NCBI GenBank assembly: GCA_951406725.2
Contig: OX597827.1
Span: 55,614,001 to 55,678,000 of the forward strand
Direction of reading: 5' to 3'
Source of the DNA: Octopus vulgaris
Lineage: Eukaryota
Length of the DNA: 64,000 nucleotides
Shown here: piece after piece, positions 27,006 to 39,022 of the stretch
How positions within the stretch are numbered: position 1 is the first letter of the stretch
Layout: every line of letters starts with the position of its first letter
Made by a program: the position numbers and the translations under genes
Notes under the pieces: generated by a model
Told to the model about the DNA's origin: nothing
Databases searched by the model: none
The model's input: only the letters and a program-made list of their open reading frames with translations

Positions 27006-27982
27006 ATCTTTGCACATTATCTATTCTTAACAGATGACACAATAATATATTAACTTGTTGCAGCTAACTTATCTGAGTCATCAGACGGGTAAATAAAAAG
27101 GTAATAAAAAAAAAAAACAGATTAGAAATGTAAAAAGACGAAAAAGGACACAGTCTTTGCAACATTTCAGAATAGAGAGATGAACTATTATAGATGCTTT
27201 ACATTATTTTTCATAGTATTTATTTTACCTATTAAATAAAAACTTGTATGATGCTGTTTTCATACTTACTAACAATGCATGTAAGATTTTTCTTTCTTAA
27301 TTTGAGTAACGAAGTATTATTTTATTTTCAAACTATAATCTATTACTGACTGACATCGTTTTTCGACGGGAAATAAGACGTAGTAATGTTCGTGCCTTTG
27401 CCAAATGCATTGTAACTAATAATAATAATAATTAAGGTAGCGAGCATACAGAATCGTTAGAGCGGCAGGTAAAATGCTCAGTGGCATTCTTTACACGCTT
27501 TTTTTTTTTTTTTACATTCTGTGTTCAAATTTTGCCGAGGTCAGTCAGTCTTTCAATCTCGATTGATACTTTCTTTTATCGACTTCGAAAGGATGAAAGG
27601 CCAAGTCGACCTCGGTGGAATTTGAACTCAGAACATTAAGACGTTTCTGGCGTGCTAACGATTCCGCCAGCTCGTCACCTAATTCGAACTAATGTTAATG
27701 ATAATTTCTTGTAGTCAGATGTTCAAGCTAAGTGAAAAGGCTATAGTTTTGACAGATGCAAATCTCAGTGATACTTTATCGTTATATGTAAACATAATCA
27801 GGAACATTTATATAACTTTCCTCCCGCCCGTGATATTCTTAACGAGTAATGTGTATTAGCTGTTTTAGAATACTCGTTTTCGATGTGATAATATTGGCCT
27901 AACCGACTTTTGTTGTGATTGCGATTGCGATGTCAACTTTTAAAATTAGACTCGGCATATTAACAGGAAAGATGAGATTTTG

Positions 27983-28218
27983 GGTACTACTTGAGAACAG
28001 TGGTCCCGGTGCGCGCACTCGCGTAGTCGCGCATCCGCTCTAGCTAGTCATGTCTAATCGGTCCTTACTTTGTGTTTTTGTGTGTTATTTACTTTGTTTA
28101 AAAAATTATTTACTTTGTGTTTTTGTGTTTTATTTACTTTGCTAGGTAGTCGTTGTAGGACCGACTAGTCACGACTACGCGAGTGCGCACACCGGGACCA
28201 CTGTTCTCAAGTAGTACC
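27983..28218. mobile_element. MULE-type MITE, ~47-bp TIRs, 9-bp TSD
   Basis: GGTACTACTTGAGAACAGTGGTCCCGGTG... with its inverse at 28172-28218 (1 mismatch); flanks GAGATTTTG / GGGATTTTG. Confidence 0.8.
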
Positions 28219-28258
28219 GGGATTTTGTTTATACACCTAGTCAGATTTATATATATAA

Positions 28259-28654
28259 CTAGCGGTATCGCCCGGCGTTGCTCGGGTTTGCAAGGGAAAT
28301 AACTATAAAGCATTTTTAAAGAGTTATAGCAAAAAAATAGCAAAAAATGCATTAAAAATGGAAAAAAAATGATGGTAAATTTTTTTTAAAAATCGTTGAC
28401 TCATCGTAGACATTTTTAGAGAGTTACTTCCCTTATATAATAGCGAAAAAATGCATTAAAATGGAAAAATTGATGGTAAATTAGTTTTAAAATCGTAGAC
28501 TCATCGTAGACGCGCGCTAATACCCAGAAGGGCTCGATATGAAATACGACTATAAGATACCCGGTTTTGGTTAAACTGCACCGCAAAATGTGGGAGTAGT
28601 TAGGAATCTAAATCGTAGGAGACAGACACACAACCTTACTTTTATATATAAAGA
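28259..28654 (-). mobile_element. Non-autonomous Helitron (396 bp)
   Basis: Minus strand reads A|TCTTTATATATAAAA ... CCCGAGCAACGCCGGG hairpin ... CTAG|T; no TSD; internal tandem duplication. Confidence 0.8.
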
Positions 28655-31079
28655 TGTTTGTAAAAAACACAAATCCGAAAGAAGAAGCACACTCTAAGAT
28701 GTAGAGCAGTATATATTAAAGATGGGGAAAGCCAGTTTATTGGGTTGCCTTAGGCTTCCCGTCCATAAAGGGTTTAGCTTTATGGCGTATTCTTAGATCC
28801 CAAAAACTTGTTGGCTCATGGGATCTGACCATACGCCATATAGCTAAACCCTTTATTGACGGGAAACCTAAGGTAATCCCATCAACCAGCCTTCCCCATT
28901 TTTCATATATATATATATATGTACCAACCTAGCAAGGTGCTTTAATTCAAGTACCTAATTCAACAGAATCTTAATTATATATATATACACACACACACAT
29001 CCAGGACCGTCCCTAGGGTTGGTGGCGCCCCAGGCAAGCTGTACTTCAGCATGTACAAGCTGACCGTTGTGGAAATCTTGTCTTTGTTTCGCCCTCCTTG
29101 ACGCCCCTTACAAGCTGCCAATACCTTGAGCCTGCCCTCCACACATCAACAATTGTTCCCAATCAGTAGGTCTGATGAGTCGCCTTTAATGCTCAGAGTA
29201 AAATCAGATGTGAAACCAATGGTAACTTTCTGACCAGATGTAATCTACGACTACATAATTTCTCTCTTTCTGTCTGTCTCTAAATATATATATATGCATA
29301 TGTTTTATTTATTATATATTATATGACGGAACGCACGCATCCTTTTCTAAGTAAGATTGTTCTTGATATTCATTTTGATGCGCACTCTTAACTTTTCTGT
29401 CCCCTCGCTTTCTCAGCCTTCATTCTTTGATTTCCTTTTCTTCTACTTAACTGTCTCTCCCTCTCTCTCATTCTTCACTCTCTCTCTCCCTCTCTCTCTT
29501 CATTCTTTCTGGTTTCCTCACAACCATTCCCCTTTCTTCTCTCCCTTTCTCTTACTCCTCCTCCTCCCTCCCGCCGTTAACCCGCGACGAGAGCCTTGCC
29601 ACCTTCTTTCTCGCCTGACCTTCTTGAGGTGTGGACGGCAATTTTCTTTGCCCTCTTCGCCGTCCACAGAAATAGCGTTCATAATACTTTTTTCGTTCGG
29701 CTTAACAGCCCTTCTTGTCTTGTTATTTTCCTTGTCCTGTCTTTTACTGCTTATATTTTGTACTGTCGTTACTGTCCTGTTTTTGTTACCATTTTTACCC
29801 CTCTGCAAAAAGATCTTAAATTTTATTTGATTTGCTTTTCGCAGGAAGGAAAGTTTCTATTGAAGATACGTCTCGCCTTCACCTTCGAAACGTAGAGTAG
29901 ATGAAACCATGGCGACTGAAGAAAGGGTTTTTTCCTTGTGTTATTTGTCCTGTACTCTATTTTTTTTGTTGTTTAAGAAAAATACCCAGTTCCTTGGGTT
30001 TGTGTCTATGTTTTCCTTTCTCATTGTGTTCGACGTTTTTTTGGTGTCCTGTACTCATATATGCGTGTATATATACATGTAGAGGTAGGTACATACATAT
30101 ATATATATATGCATATGTTTTATTTATTAATATATTATATATATATATATACTGTTGTGCCTGGTGAGAGTCATTTTCCTTTTGTGCCTTATAATTTAGC
30201 ACACTCACAGGTAAAATTTCCCCTTATTTCTTATTTTTATTTTCCTAAAATTTTCGTTGCGTCTTACAACCTTTTTAATAGTCTTGACTATATATATATG
30301 TGTGTGTGTGTGTGAAGTATATTTGCCACTTAAATGTAGCTAACCACTAAAGGTGGATGCTACTGTAGCCTGTAGCCCCAGGAGAACATCTTCTCCAGCT
30401 GGCTATTGACACACTTTCTGTGCCATATGAGTATTTGCAAAGGGAAGCTATCCTTCCAATTGTCGACCTGACGTGATACGTACAGACCCGGGTTTCTGGG
30501 TATTTACCCGTCATCAGCGCACAACAATCACTGGTCTTCGATGCAAAGGGGTCCCAATGCAAATACATATATCCTTTTTCCAGTGGCAAAAAGTCACTGA
30601 TCTCGAAAAAGTGTAAACAAGCAATGATAAATCTCTGAACGAGATATATTTGCACCGGCAAATATACTTCACATTGTCGTGCAGCTACTGTTTATACTTC
30701 GTTCAGAGATTTATCTGAATTTTATTGGAGATTTATCTGAGTGGATGACATGCTGAACCTCTACAGCTCACAATAGGTCTTAATGGAATACTATCCTTAT
30801 GAATCTCAGGGAGACCGTACATATGTGGTAGTTTACTGTTTTGTTGAGTCAGTTGTCTGTACTTCATGGGCTGGAGAAGAAGGCTGGGGGGTATATCAGC
30901 CAAAACATTGTGTTAACAACAAACAAGATGACAAATATCTGTCAAATGTAAATAATGTACATAATCCCTCATCTCTTAAATATAGAACTGTTTTATGATT
31001 GTTGTTCAATGTTCTCTGAACACTGTACAAGCTGTAAGATATAACATGGCTAGCTGAAATGGAGACTGAAAAGCAGGAA

Positions 31080-31670
31080 AGGACACAACAGGCATTCTGA
31101 TTGCATCTGCATACAAGAATTTATCTACACAACTGATGAACAGGGCCTTAGGCTCACTTCAGATAGCTATGTGAAGCTGCTGGTGACTGTGGTCAATCTC
31201 TGGTTGGAGAGGGTTACTGTTGGAAGGCCATATATTTGGCTGCAAGATTTGGCTCCTTGCCATACCTTCAGAAAGAGTCAGAAGTGGTTGTCAGAGATTT
31301 TCTACGACTTCATCGTCCCTAATTTCTGACTTCCTAATTCCCTTGATTGTAATCCCCTGGATTAATATGTGGGGTGCAAATGAGAAAGACACCAACTGCT
31401 CTGCCTGCAACACCAAGGGCGAGCTGATGGGCAAGATCAAGGAAGTGTTTGAAGATCTTCCCAGAGACACAGTGGAGATTGTATGTACCAGGTTCCAGAA
31501 TCACTTGAAGCCATGGTTGAAGCTAAGGGCAGATGCTTTGAGTAAACTGTTATTTTGTTGTCATAATTTAGTTAATATTCTTTGCTTTTTTAAAATACTT
31601 TATTTTCGGGGGAAATATTGTGTTTTCTTTATCTTTTATGAAAACTGTCAAATTTAGCCTGAATGCCCCG
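31080..31670 (+). mobile_element. Tc1/mariner-superfamily DDE transposase remnant
   Basis: Broken QDLAPCH...SQKWL...PNSLDCNPLD motif, equivalent to QQDxAPxH / PxSPDLNP. Confidence 0.65.
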
Positions 31671-31965
31671 CATATATATGATGGATTCTCTTATTGTGAG
31701 TGGTATCCTCCTCCCCTACTGTCACTGCTGCCATCATCATTCAACATTTACTTTTCCATGCTTGCATGAGTCAGATGGAATTTGAGCCAGATTTTCAATG
31801 ATCAGATGCCCTTCCTGTCACCAGCCTTCATCTAATTCAAAGCAAGATAATATTTCTCCATGGCATAAGGCAGCAAGCTGACAGAATTGTTAGCATGCTG
31901 GGAAAATGCTTAGTGGCATTTCGTCCATCTTTATTACTGGCCTTGTGCCAAAATTTGAAACCAAT

Positions 31966-32527
31966 CAGTGGTGGCTCATACATAGGCACTGCAGAACCCC
32001 CTATTTCTACTCGATATTATCGATAACATTCAATATAATGAGTCCTTTTTCTTTAATTCTTTCTTTATACTTGTACATTATATTATCCTTAAGCTTAATG
32101 TCAGTAGCCATCCTCTAGTTTATGAAAAAGATACAAAAATCCTTGTACAGAATTGTGCAATGACATGGTGTTTGGCTGTTGTGCGCATACTCACATGTCC
32201 AAGATAGGAAGCTTCATGCTAGGGAGAGACAGTACTGTTCATGCAGTGCTGGTGAAAAGTAGTGTTTCTTTTGACTCCATGCGTGTTGTGTTTAAAAACG
32301 TGTTTATATTCTTGAATGTGATAAAGTGTAGAAACAAGGGGGAATTCATGGTGATGTTCACTGAACAAATTAAACACACTACCAGGCAGTGGCTAAAACA
32401 TGAACCGATCAAGTTTATGTATAAATATTCTTTTTATATGCTTGTTTCCTTTTACACAATATTAAAACAACAGCTAAAAATTTTCTGAAGTAGCACCCCC
32501 ACTAATTTTATCTACGAGCCACCACTG
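31966..32527. mobile_element. hAT-type non-autonomous element with perfect 8-bp TSD
   Basis: AAACCAAT|CAGTGGTGGCTCATA...TACGAGCCACCACTG|AAACCAAT. Confidence 0.85.
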
Positions 32528-34677
32528 AAACCAATATTTTTCAATGGCCAGGCATGCTCACACAAAATATTCAAAATAAATCTATGACGTTGACACTCAT
32601 TTACAACTATCATGTATTGTCAAGACAAGAAGACACATACACACACGTGCACACGCATGCACACACATACACGGCAAACTTCTTTCAGTATTTGTCTATC
32701 AAATTCACTCACAAGGCTTTAGTCAACCTGGAGCTATAGAAGATGCTTATCTAAGGTGCCACACAGTGGGACTGAACCCAGAACCATATAGTTGGAAAGC
32801 AAGCTTTTTACTACAGAGCCATGCTTGTGTGTGTGTGTGTGTGAATCTGTTTTTACGGATCATAATTTCAGTTGGGAAATATTTCCTTTTTAGATATTTT
32901 TCATTATTTCCCTTGTCATTTGGAAAATAAGAGGGTGTATGAATTCTCAAAGCAGTCTACTTTGAGGATGTAAAACAAAATAATCACAGCAATAAATAAG
33001 AATCTATCAGGAAGTTTAAAATGTGGACATTTGAGTTAATGTAGACATATCAATTGATTTAGAGATTAGGATGTTAAATAGATGATACTAGAGATAGGAT
33101 ATTAATTAGATAAATGTTAGGGTTAAGAGTGTCTCAGATTAAAGCCTTCATCTCCTTCAACACCATCAAGACTAAATTGCTTCCTCAAAAAGTCTTCTCA
33201 TGAACGTGACCTGGGCATTATTGTCAACAGCAAATGGCAAAAATTCTCAACGTTGCTTATAAATAACTTCAAGGAATCATGGCCAGAAAATATTTCAGTC
33301 TTGATTAGTTACTGACCATACAAACCTTAAGTTTGCAAGGCTTCCATCAATCAGGTTTGATTATGTATCTGCTTCTGTATGTGTATAAAAAAAAAACTGG
33401 CACTTACAACAATAAATGTTCCAGTTGATTTAACAGTCTGCTAGTGAAATTAATGTGCTAGTGGCTGAGCAGCACAACACAGACATGTGTACCCTTCACA
33501 TAGTTCTCAGGGAGATTCAGCATGATACAGAGTGTGACAAGGCTGGCCTTTTGAAATACAGGTACTACTCATTCTTGCCAGCTGAGTGGACTGGAGCAAT
33601 GTGAAATAAAGTGTCTTGCTCAAGGACACAATGTGTCACCAGGAATTGAATTCACGACATTATGATTATGAGTCAAATACCCTAACCACTAAGCCATGCG
33701 CCTTCACATGTGTATAATATATGTATAATAAAGCCACCCAAACTCATCTGATACAAATTCTTCAACTTGGACTCATCTTCTCAAAATATTTCTCTAAACA
33801 CTTTGTTCATTCCCATACTTTCATCTTTCTGGAATTTTCCCATTATATTCTCTTTACACATATCAACCTACAATGAAGGTATGTGGCCTAGTGGTTAGAG
33901 TGTTGCACTCATGATTGCAAGACTGTAGTTTCAATTCCTGCACTGGGCAGGGTGTTGTGTTCTTGAGCAAAACACTTCATTTGCATTGTTCCAATCTACT
34001 CAGCTATAAGTAACTCTGCTGCAGACTGGCATCCCAATCAAGGGGAATATTGTGATCTTGGTCTCTTATATGTCATGAAAACTGGATAACTGGCTCCTGT
34101 GAGTCCTAAGACTCAAGACAACATTCACTTACTTTGTCAACCTAAAAAAGGCCAAATTTAATATCAACTACATAATCCAAGAAGGTCTGTAAAAGGCCAT
34201 GGTCACCATTTCTTGCTTTTGTACTGAATATATAGTATATTCAAAATGTATTATTAACTTTTTGTTAGAACCAATTTTTTTGGTTCATTTTTACTCTCAG
34301 TAGTAACTCATCAAGCCACAGCCACTAGCCCTTCATTCAACTATAATTATGTTTTAACCTTTTAATCAATCAAAACATAATTTTTCAGGCAGTTGAAAAT
34401 ATATGCAGTCATTTAGTCAAACTAGATCCTGAATACTACTTAAATAGCCCTTTGTTCAACTATAATTATGTCTCCAAGATAACAGAAATTATTTATTATT
34501 TGCAACAAATATCACATAAGAAATAACATGTCATAGTAATTTTAACCTTTTAATCAATCAAAACATAATTTTTCAGGCAGTTGAAAATATATGCAGTCAT
34601 TTAGTGAAACTAAATCCTAAATACTACTTAAATAAGGAGAGAAAAATGTATATATATATATCTGGATGTAAAAATGA

Positions 34678-35034
34678 TTAAGTTGGATAAACATTTGTTG
34701 AACCTCTATATGAAAACTTCCATAAGTTTCCTTTGGTACAAATTGGGAGACTATTTCGTAGTAATTGTGAGGAATCTTTGTGTTCATCTGTGGAAGCATA
34801 CCAAGTTGTTGTATCTGTTCCCAATTTTGTTGCTCCAGGTTGCAAATTAGGATATTTTTTAGGAAAACGCCTATGGGACACCGACTGACGTAAATGCCCT
34901 AATCTTTGGAATGATGCCGAATATGTAGAGATTGGTATCACATCTGTGTCATCCATTCTAAGTGGTAGATTGCTTTTAATTTGATTGAAAAAATTTTCTC
35001 CATTAACCTGCCTTCGTCCAGCACAACGTCTTCC
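34678..35034 (-). CDS. TEX36: TEX36-like exon 4 (GRRCAGRRQ...HRRFPKKY...NLWKFSYRGSTNVYPT*)
   Basis: ttttttgtag acceptor; open frame to TAA at 34678; minus-strand AATAAA at about 34492-34497. Confidence 0.85.
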   Translation of the reverse strand, partial: GRRCAGRRQVNGENFFNQIKSNLPLRMDDTDVIPISTYSASFQRLGHLRQSVSHRRFPKKYPNLQPGATKLGTDTTTWYASTDEHKDSSQLLRNSLPICTKGNLWKFSYRGSTNVYPT

Positions 35035-35316
35035 CTACAAAAAATAAGAGAAAAAGTAATTTTAAGCAAAAAAACATGCAGAATCATTAACATGCCAGGC
35101 AAAATGCTTAGCAGCATTTCAACTGTCTTCACATTCTGAGTTTAAATTCTGCTAAGGTTGATTTTTGCCTTTTATCTTTTTGGGGGTCGATAAAAAAGTA
35201 CCACCTGAATACTGGGGTTCAATCTAATTGACTTACTCCCACCTCCAAAATTGCTGCTTTGTGCCAAAATTTGAAATCAGTATTCATGTTATTTATTAAA
35301 ATTATTATTATTATTA

Positions 35317-35377
<61 letters not shown>

Positions 35378-36269
35378 TACTATTATTATTATTATTATTA
35401 ATATTATTTTGCAATGATGGATATCACATTAGGGATCATAAATATGTTTTTAAACAAAATAATAACACATATAATAACTATTTCCTTTTTATATCTTATC
35501 TTATAAAAAGGGAAGCAAAATCTGTCAAATGAGAATAGGTTTACATCTGCTTGCAAAAGTTTTAGCTTTATTTTTTACTTATTTCAGTCATTAGACTGTG
35601 GCTATGCTGGGGCAAAATCGATCCCAGTACTTATGCTGAACCGCTAAGTTACGGGGACGTAAACACACCAGCATCAATGTCAAGTGATGTTGGGACACAC
35701 ACACACAGAAACATATATACACACATACATATATATATGATGGGCTTCTTTCAGTTTCCGTCTACCAAATCCACTCACAAGGCTTTGGTCGGCCTGAGGC
35801 TGTAGTAGAAGACACTTGCCCAAGGTGCCACGCAGTGGGACTGAACCTGGAGTCATGTGGTTGGTTAGCAATCTACTTACCACACAGCCACTTCTGCACC
35901 TATGTATATATTTATACAAAAATTCTATAATTATAAGCATAATTATAATTAGGGTTCAGCAAATTGCTTCACCACATACAGAAATTTAGAAATAGCAGTT
36001 AAATACTTTATCCACGTAAAATAAGAGTATTGCTGTCTGGGAGATATCTTATAGTAGAGGAATAGTATTTAACTGCTATTTCTAAATTTCGGTATGTGGT
36101 GAAGCAATTTGCTGAACCCTAATTATAATTATGCTTATAATATAGAATTTTTATATAAGGTTACCAATAAAGGTTATTTTAACATACCGAACTACTTTAG
36201 TAAAATTATTAATTATTTAATTAAATTTATCCTTTATTATTATTATATATATATTTATATATATATAAA

Positions 36270-37600
36270 CTTCCTAGACCTTCGACCCAACCCCCAACCT
36301 GACACCTCTACACTTCTTCATTTGGCTGAACTTGCTTCTCTCAACTGCTTCTTGTTCTTGGGTGAGTTTTATCAACAAGTCTCACAGGAATGAGAATGTG
36401 TCTCAACTATGTAAGCCTGTTCGTTGGCTACATTGAGGCTCAAACATTCTCATGATTCACTGGTCCCATTCCCTAAAACTATACAGTCATTTTATTGATG
36501 ACTGTATCGTTGTGACCTCACTCTACTACGAACAACTAAACTCCCTCTCCTCTTTTATCCAGTCCTTTCATCCTGCCCTCGAATTCTCCTGCACTATTTC
36601 CAGCACATTTCTCGATATTTTGGTCAAAATACACCACTGCTCTCACTAGCTGCATCCACTACAAACACACCAACTCACACTCATGCCTTAACTTCTCCTC
36701 CTCCCACCCTACCCACACCAAGCTCTCCATTCCCTACTCCCAATTCCTCTATCTGTACTGGCTCTGCAGTGACAACCATGACTTTGAGACTCAGTCTCAA
36801 CTCATGGCTCACCACTTCATCCTTCATGGATATCCCCTCACCACTATCCATACAGCCCTTACCAGAGCATGTTCTGTGGACTGTGCCTCTGCCCTCTCTC
36901 CCCACACACACCCCACTGTTGCCCATCTCTCATTTCTCCTGACCTACCACCCCTTCACTCTGCCCCTCCAATGCACCATTCTCTGAGCCTTCCAATGACT
37001 CCAGTTCGACCCGTTCCATTTCACATATCTTCCCCAACCTGCCCCTTCCCTCCCTCAAACAAGCTCACAGCCTGCATGACTTCCTGGTCCACAGTTTCTT
37101 CCCTAACCCCACCTCTCAACCTGGCTCGTTCCCCTGCTCTTGCCTATGCTGCCGCACTTGCTCCTATCTCTCCAACACCACAAACCTTACAGGCACCTAT
37201 CATCATCCCTATCATATCACTGACTCATTACCTGCACTTCTGGCAATGTCATTTATTGCATCACCTGCTCTTTCTACCCTTCTCTGTACATTGGCCAAAT
37301 GGGACACTGCTTGGCTGACTGGTTCACAGAGCACCCTTGATACATAAGACTCAGCAACGACACCCTGGTCTCTCGCCATTTCTGCTCTCTGGTCATTGAC
37401 TACAAAACATCTCTGTGTTTGGATTGTCTTTGCACAGGGGCCATCTGGACTCCCACCTTTGCTGTGAACAGGAATAGGAATTAATCTTCTCTCTTTGCTT
37501 CTTTGCACCAAATGGGCTCAACTATCCTCCTCTCTTCATCTGACTCTCCTCCTCTTCTCTCTTCATCTGACACCTACTTCTTCTCTTCACTCCTTCCCAC
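36270..37600 (+). mobile_element. Penelope-like retroelement remnant (RT + GIY-YIG)
   Basis: Broken frames: FLGEFYQQV, LFVGYIE, FIDD, LDILV, HYK.T.SH...SSHP..K.SIPYSQ, TCTSGNVIYCITC...LYIGQ.G, F.EH. Confidence 0.8.
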
Positions 37601-38941
37601 CTTCTCTCTTCATTGATATCCCCCTCCACCCACACCATAGCTGGTGGCTATCTACATTGTCTTGTAGCTTCAAAATTTTAATCATGTGATTGTTTATTCT
37701 TAGAATGGCCTTGTAGGGTAGGTGCAACATGCCAGATCTAGCCAGTTTGAACATACAACAGATAAAATATTTGGGCTGGATATGACTGGTTTAAATGCTA
37801 AAGGGTTAAACATCATCTGTTGTAATATAAGAATTGCTACAAATTTAATAACATACAAATTGGTTTCAAATTTTGGCACAAGGCTAGCAATTTTAGGGTA
37901 TATCATCGACCTCTGTGCTTGACTGGTATTAATTTTATTGACCCTGAAAGGCTGAAAAGTAGAGTCAACCTTGGAGGTTAGAAGAAATGCTGCTAAACAT
38001 TTTGTTTGGTGTTGTAAAGATTCTGACTTCTTGCTTCCATAAAAACGAGTGTGTGTTATGTATGATATGATGTATGATGTGACAGGCAGTGAAGAGTTAA
38101 AACATTTTTAGTGAGGATGAAGGGGTTCAGGGTACCAGCAAGTTTATCTGCTTTCCTCAATGAACAAGTAAGTAAACATTTGCCATTTCTGTCTTTCTTA
38201 GAATCAAATATTCACGTAAACTATATAGTGACAGTATTTGGGGGCATTACTAGTTTCTGTTGCTTCATTCATTTAGGGTGGTGAAAACATTTTCAATTTA
38301 AATATCACACCTGGAGAAACTTTCAGTTTTTACAAAATGAAGGAATTTTGTTTTTTAATTTTTGTTTCCTGTATTAATATGAAACATTAATTCATTTGAG
38401 GCCATTATGAAAACGAGATTTTTGCCCTACACTGAATTTTACTCCTTGCTAACCAAAGATACATAGAGAAATCAAAGACCTTTTATAATGTAACATCACA
38501 TATTCAATAAAGTTTGCAGATCAGATGAAATGAGGCTGAGGGCCAGATTCGAGCCTGAAGGCTGTAATTTGCTGATTCCTGTTAGATAGCAATCAGGTAA
38601 TAATATAGTATATATATGTGTATGTGTGTGTGTGTATGTGTTTGTGTGTGTTTGTGTGTGTGTGTGTATGTGTATTTGTATGTGTGTGTGTATTTGCTCG
38701 ACTAAAGGCGGTGCTCCAGCATGGCCACAGTCAAAATGACTGAAACAAGTAAAAGAGTAAAAAAAAGAGAGAGTATATATGTGTGTGTGTGTGTGTGAAC
38801 TTATAGAGTAAAATATATCACAGGAGCATGTCAACTGACGATTAGGAAGTAATTTGGTTATTGATTAAGAGGTGCTGTATCAACAAAGTAAACAACTAAA
38901 CTCTTTTTTGAAATGTTTTCATAGTAACATAGAATACTTAC

Positions 38942-39022
38942 AAAATCAAAGAATGCCGAATCTGTATCAAAAATATTTCTGTTGTCATGTTCAGAAAACT
39001 TATGGGCATTTTTATAATTAAC
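38942..39022 (-). CDS. TEX36: TEX36-like exon 3 (VNYKNAHKFSEHDNRNIFDTDSAFFDF)
   Basis: HDNR motif; ttccag acceptor, TTT|gtaagt donor, 81 nt. Confidence 0.9.

Noticed and set aside
29357-29895. Overlapping ORFs of 96-157 aa
   Set aside because: Low-complexity pyrimidine-rich repeat sequence with no recognisable domain or splice support.
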